Part shown: piece by piece, positions 41,001-47,000 of the stretch | How the letters are laid out: the number at the start of each line of letters is the position of its first letter | Numbering within the stretch: the first letter of the stretch is position 1 | DNA from: Perna viridis | Taxonomy: Eukaryota | Assembly: GCA_037379345.1 (NCBI GenBank) | Contig: CM074515.1 | Location: 2,108,001-2,172,000, forward strand | Reading direction: 5' to 3' | DNA: 64,000 bases | The notes under the pieces: generated by a model | Told to the model about the DNA's origin: nothing | The model's input: the letters and a program-made list of their open reading frames with translations, nothing else | Databases searched by the model: none | Translations under genes and position numbers: made by a program

Positions 41001-44000
41001 GACAAAAATGAGCATTTTCTAATAATAAAAAATGATTTTTTAATATTGTAAATTCATTTTCTAATATTACAAATTAGATTTATATCACAAAACATTGAAT
41101 TTCTAATATTAAAAAACTATTTTTGAATATTAGAAAATGATTTTCTAATAATAGAAAATGGATTTGTCGTATTCAATGACGATTTTTTAATATTAGAAAT
41201 TCATTTTGTAATATTAAAAAATGGGACTGATTTTCTAATACTACAAAGTCATTATCTAATATTACAAATTCATTTTGTAATATTACAACAAAATGTGTGA
41301 TATTTTGAAATATTACTAAATCAGGAATTTGTAATATTAGAAAGTATAAGTGTTTTCTAATATTAAAAAATGATTTTTTAATATTATAAATTCATTTTCT
41401 AATATTACAAATTAGATTTCTAATATCACAAAACACTTTTTTAATATTAAAAATTCAATTGAATTTATAACATTAAAAAACGATTTTTTGATATAAGAAA
41501 TTTATTTTCTCATATTAGAAAATGGATTTGTTGTATTCAGTTGTGATTTTTTAATATTAGGAACTCATTTTTTATATTAAAAATGTAACTGATTTTGAAA
41601 TATTGCAAAGAGATTTTTTAATATTACAAATTCATTTTCTAATATTACAAAATGTGTGATATTTTATAATATTACTAAATCAGGAATTTGTAATATTAGA
41701 AAATGAATTTCTAATATTAAAAAATGATTTTGTAATATCAAAAATTCATATTCTAATACTACAAAATATTGATTTTTATCCACTTTGGCTTACCATACAT
41801 AACCATTTAATGTAAATGTGAGCTAATACATATTGTCTATGTAGGTCAGCATTATAGACATATAGTAAAAAAATATCCAGTCTACCTGTATGTAAACAAA
41901 ATATGTCCATCGACTGTTGTTTTGATTTTTTATCGGAGGCTTAATATTTCGACCACCGGATTAGGGTAAAGCCCATATAATTTAAAAAAAAAACACACAA
42001 CCTTCCATTTATATAGCAATACTTAGTGTAAACCTAAGATTCTCAACTAAAAGTACATGAAACATTCCCTGTTCATTTATGAAGTATCAAAACATGAACT
42101 ATATCCTTGCAGAAAATTTATTCAGCATTCGTGATGATCATTCTGGGAGGACTCAAGACTGGGGAATGAAACGACTTGAATTCTGCAACGATGATGATAA
42201 TCATTTTTACAGGTTTCTCACGGTTCAATGTTAGTAGAATCTTGGTGGCGGAGTCTAGCTTACATGCTACCTGACCGATGAATTCGGTCAGAGTATGTCC
42301 TCCTAGCGGCTGGGCTCCTATGTAGACGCGCGCGCTCTGGTCTACTCCCAGTCCCCACGTCTGGGCCTGCAAGTGTTTCCCCACTATGTCTTTGAAGTAC
42401 GTCTACGGTAGAGTGAATTCTGAAGCGTATGGCACCCCGTATTTATATTTATTCTGCTTATATAATTTATGAGATATGTTCAATTTTTAAAAAAAAGATA
42501 TCTTATAAATTTTATAAGATATCTCGTATAAGTTGAAGGGAACCATCTAGCGGAAGTCAAAAGAATGTAATCCAGGGACAAAGACGAGACATAGAAAACA
42601 GATAAATATAACAAAGAACATAAAGTAACTAAAACAATATATACAAAGTAACAAAAGTAAATGAGCAACTCGGACTCCACTAAAAACTGGGAGCATGGAC
42701 CAGGTGTACCGGTACGATAAGCTTCCTCTGCTTTTCTAGAAACACCCGCTGAAATGCTCATAAAAAGTCATATAATGTATAGTTATATCTATTAAATATA
42801 TGAGATATCTCATATCTTTTATAAGATATCAATTAAGTACAAGAAATATCTTAAATATAGAAGAAATATAAATATGGCGTGCCATAGAAGCTCGACAGAT
42901 TATAAACAGTAAATTTAAGAAGTCTACAGCTGATATTTTAATAGTTTACTATTTATACATTATTTTAAATTCGAAAATCAAGCCTAATCATTTCATCGAT
43001 AATCTGATACTTTTATGACCTTACATTACATAAAAGTCCATGTTCAGGTCTTCTCGAGTACCGGGTGCACTGAACTGCTGGAATACGATTCCACTAAGTT
43101 CATATGTATGAAGTATATGAATGTGTTTAGATATGTCCTCTACGAATTCATATGATTAGGTAGGGTAAAATAATGTAGTAGCACGGGCCATCAAATTAAC
43201 CTTCCCTCGGCCGCGGGTACATAACACTCCTGGGTGAGTAAAGCGGTGTGTTACGATTTAATAAGATTGCTCTCATCTATCTGGGTTGACGGTGATCACG
43301 ATTGAAACCACACTGTCACGTACAACGTATGTCAGGCTGACCATAAACTCTATTATTTTTTTCTAAATTACAAAACTGACATCTGAAGCTTTACTATTGC
43401 TTACATCAAGTCTAAAAACTAATAATGTGTACTGCATGGGTTCCTTACCCATGGTAAGACGGTTAGACAGTCAACCTTGAAGGCAATATGTAATTCATAT
43501 TTTATGTTCTTTGTTGTGTATGTCTGTTTTCCATGTTTGGTCTTTGTCCCTGGATTGCATTCCTTTGATTACCGCTATAACCTTGGTTCCCTTGATTATT
43601 CTTATACTTCGTCATACTCACTAGGTTGAATATCTTCGGTGCAAATTTTCTTCACTGGGTGATACACTTTAGGAGACGGACATTTGTGAAGTGGCAAAAT
43701 CGTTCTGTTCTTATAACAAGTGACGTAATCAGCTGTCCATATCTTATTTGGAATAGGGTTGTCCCCATCTGGTAACCCTACACAGCTTGGCAGTCGGTCG
43801 GGGCATTTCTGGCAGGTGGAATTTCCCTGGTTACATTTATTCTGGTCATACTCACCTGTAGTGAATAAAATACCCTTCTCAGTTAATCACACATACATCC
43901 ACATTACAGTTCAACTTGAATGTTTATTGGTTAAAAAATAATAAAAGTAGTGAAGTGGCTTAGTTAACCGTGTATATGAATAATTAAGTAAGAAGTGATC

Positions 44001-47000
44001 GCATTCGAGAGGCATTACAAAAACGAATATATAAAGCATGCAAAGAAAACGTAATAGGCCGACTTATTGGCCTTACGACCTTCGTCAAGAGCGCGGTAAC
44101 TTGAACACAGAGAGCAACCAAAATATAGTAAACTGAGCCTGGGAGTAAAAATAATCCTTTATTTCAACCACTGAGCTGTATTTATAAAACGGCTAGCATT
44201 TTCATTCTTAGCTTATATGTCAAGATTATTTATGTATTTATCTTATGTCGACTGAATTAAGCCGTTCATCTTTGGAACAACCAACTGATGGGAGTTTAAT
44301 TGGCAACAGTATCAGTGATCATAAAAAGGTTTTGATCCATGTATGCACTTATTTTTCAAATAACTGAAAAAGGTTTCACTTACAAGGAGCCATTGGTTCT
44401 TTCCTTTTATCACAGGTGACTGTTGTGAAGTTCTCACATTTGCTTGTGACAATGGAGAACAGATCAGGGTAGGTACATTCTGTTGTTGCCGACTGTTTAC
44501 TACAATCGTGGTATTTAGCACAGTTGCGAATGTCTGGAATTTTGTCTTGTGGATGTTTTTTGCAGTAAAATCTTAAAACCGCTGCAATAATGAAAACATT
44601 ACTGAGAAGCTATGCAGAGCACCATAACAGGGCATCATAACAGAGCACCATGTTAAAAGTGACCTCTGAAAACAAATCCTTCCGAATAGGAAGTTACTTA
44701 ATTGTTTCCACCTTAACAAAGAAACTGGGATGTCTAAATGGAAAGCTTTTAAGCTGAATACAATGCCATAAAATTACCATTTACCATAATATACTATCTC
44801 TCTCCTTCTCTTCTTTTATTGTTATATATTTTAATTATATGCTGTGATGTCTGTCATATATTTTAAACAATAAGAGTAGACATTAAAGAGTTTTAAAACA
44901 TACAATATATACATAAAGTCAGACAGACAGACAGACTTACGTGCATTCATCGGTTTGCACACCCTTCCCCTTGGTTCGAAAAAGTAGCCAGGCTGACACT
45001 TCGTTATCTTCATTGTTCTATTTCTGTAACATTCGATGTAATCAGGTTCACCTCTTTTCCCTGGAAATTCCTGTTTTCCATCAATTTTCCCAATACAGCT
45101 TGGCAAGCGTTTTGGGCAATTGCAAGTAGGATCACTTCCGTTGCATTTATTTTGGACGTATTCACCTGGTCGTAAAGAGAAGAAAAAGGAACAAGCCTGG
45201 TGAAACGCAACAAATGCACCATCGTATAACCCATATATATATATTTTTTTAAATACTTACAAAGATCACCAAAACATCGTCAGTAAGTGTAAACATATCT
45301 TTAAGTAAGCCCTAAAAGGCCCCGACAACAAAAGTAATAAAATCCACGGTGACAGAACGATGACACCCCTTCAAAATAAACTGAAATGGATAATAACGGA
45401 ACGAAGACACATTAATGACCAACACTGACATTAGGGCGAAATCATTTTTTTTTATACTAACCAAGAATCATGCTGCAAGCCCAGCAGACAGTTTGGAATA
45501 GTGGACAAACATCCGACATTGATAAAATCTGATTAAGGCAATCACAAATCACAAAAAAACGTGCTTCAGAAGTGATTTTTACCAACTGAATTAACAAGAT
45601 TTTACCTAAGGTGTTCCAGTATAAAATATAATTGGGATAACTGTAAATAAGTATCGAGAAGATCTCTCTTTACTTGTAGAAGTGCAGTGTAACATTGAAA
45701 TCATTATGTAATCACTTTGATGCTTAAGAGAGACCACCAATATTTATGGACACAATTTGAAGTTATCAATGTACTTACAAGGGGCTTGTGGTTCTGGTCT
45801 TAAATTACATTTTACAGTCTCAAACTTCTGACATCTGTTTGTAACCGAAGAAAATAAATCTGGATAGGTACATTCTTTAAGGTAGTTTTGTCCTAAAGCA
45901 GATCTCTTGTGACCACAGTCGTAGTATTGTGCACAGTCTACAGGGTTAGGAAGTAATGCTCCTGGGTTGTTCTTGCACGCGATGTTGGGATCAACTAGAT
46001 AACATCAATGGTTATAAATTCTTAGTTCATTACAAAAGATGTTGTCATGTTCGTATAAGAGAGTACATTGAAACTATTTAAAATGTCTCTAATTTTTTTC
46101 TGAAGTAATTGTCCGGACTATACGTTGCTTGTTACACACATACGTAAAGGTTTAAGGATGGCCTAAGTTTTATATTATCATAATCCAACATGTATAAAAC
46201 TGTGATGCTTATGTTAAGTGCTAATGTTTTCATATAAAAAGTGTAGCAATACTCAGCTATATGACGAAAGAAATGGAATTTTTTCTATTGTAAAAATGAA
46301 GGAAGCCAAACTTACGTGGACAGTTAACACCTGTATCACATGGCTTTGTTTCTTGTTCATTTCCTGTACAATTTTTTCCATTATACATCGGCGCCGGATT
46401 GTCACATGTCCTGTTCCGTACAAACACCCCTTGGCCACAGGTTACTGAACAAGCTCCAGACCACGGACCCCATTGTCCCCAGTCCCCATCGACTGTTTCA
46501 GGTAAAAAAAAAACGTTTTGGGTTGTGTTTTTTTATGATTCGAGGATTTTAAGAAGAGAAATATTGAATTCCAGGAGGAAGTGATAATTGTTAGTGTGTG
46601 GTGATACCGAAAATGACGATGAAGCACTGGCACAGGATTATACACAAAATAAATGTACTTTGACCCTTTAATATCAGCTTGAAATGTTTGACTTCGGTCG
46701 CATGCTTCGTGTTATTTGCTGTTTCTGTTATTGTTTCTTACCTCAAAGATAGAAATAATGAGTATCTTTAACAATTGATTCCTTCATTTCTATTGCTCAA
46801 CTTATTTGAAACATTTAGGCTGTATAACACTAAATCAGATACATTACAAAAATGTAGTTTGGACAACTTACTTGGTGTGGGATCAGTGCAGTCTTCGTCA
46901 ACACGCCCATCGCCATCATCATCTAAAATAGAACTTAGTGTTACAATTAAAAAAAGGCATTGGAAATTGCTTGTTTTTAATCAAATGAAGTTAAAAGCGT

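Noticed and set aside
42131-42423. Box C/D snoRNA or hammerhead ribozyme (GTGATGA ... CTGA / GAAAC)
   Set aside because: On the strand opposite the host gene, with no terminal stem; the hammerhead core and stem II do not fit.
1822-45994. Dscam-style mutually exclusive exon clusters
   Set aside because: A and B exons alternate strictly rather than forming same-type clusters, introns are long enough to splice between neighbours, and I saw no docking/selector sequences; constitutive concatenation is the default reading.
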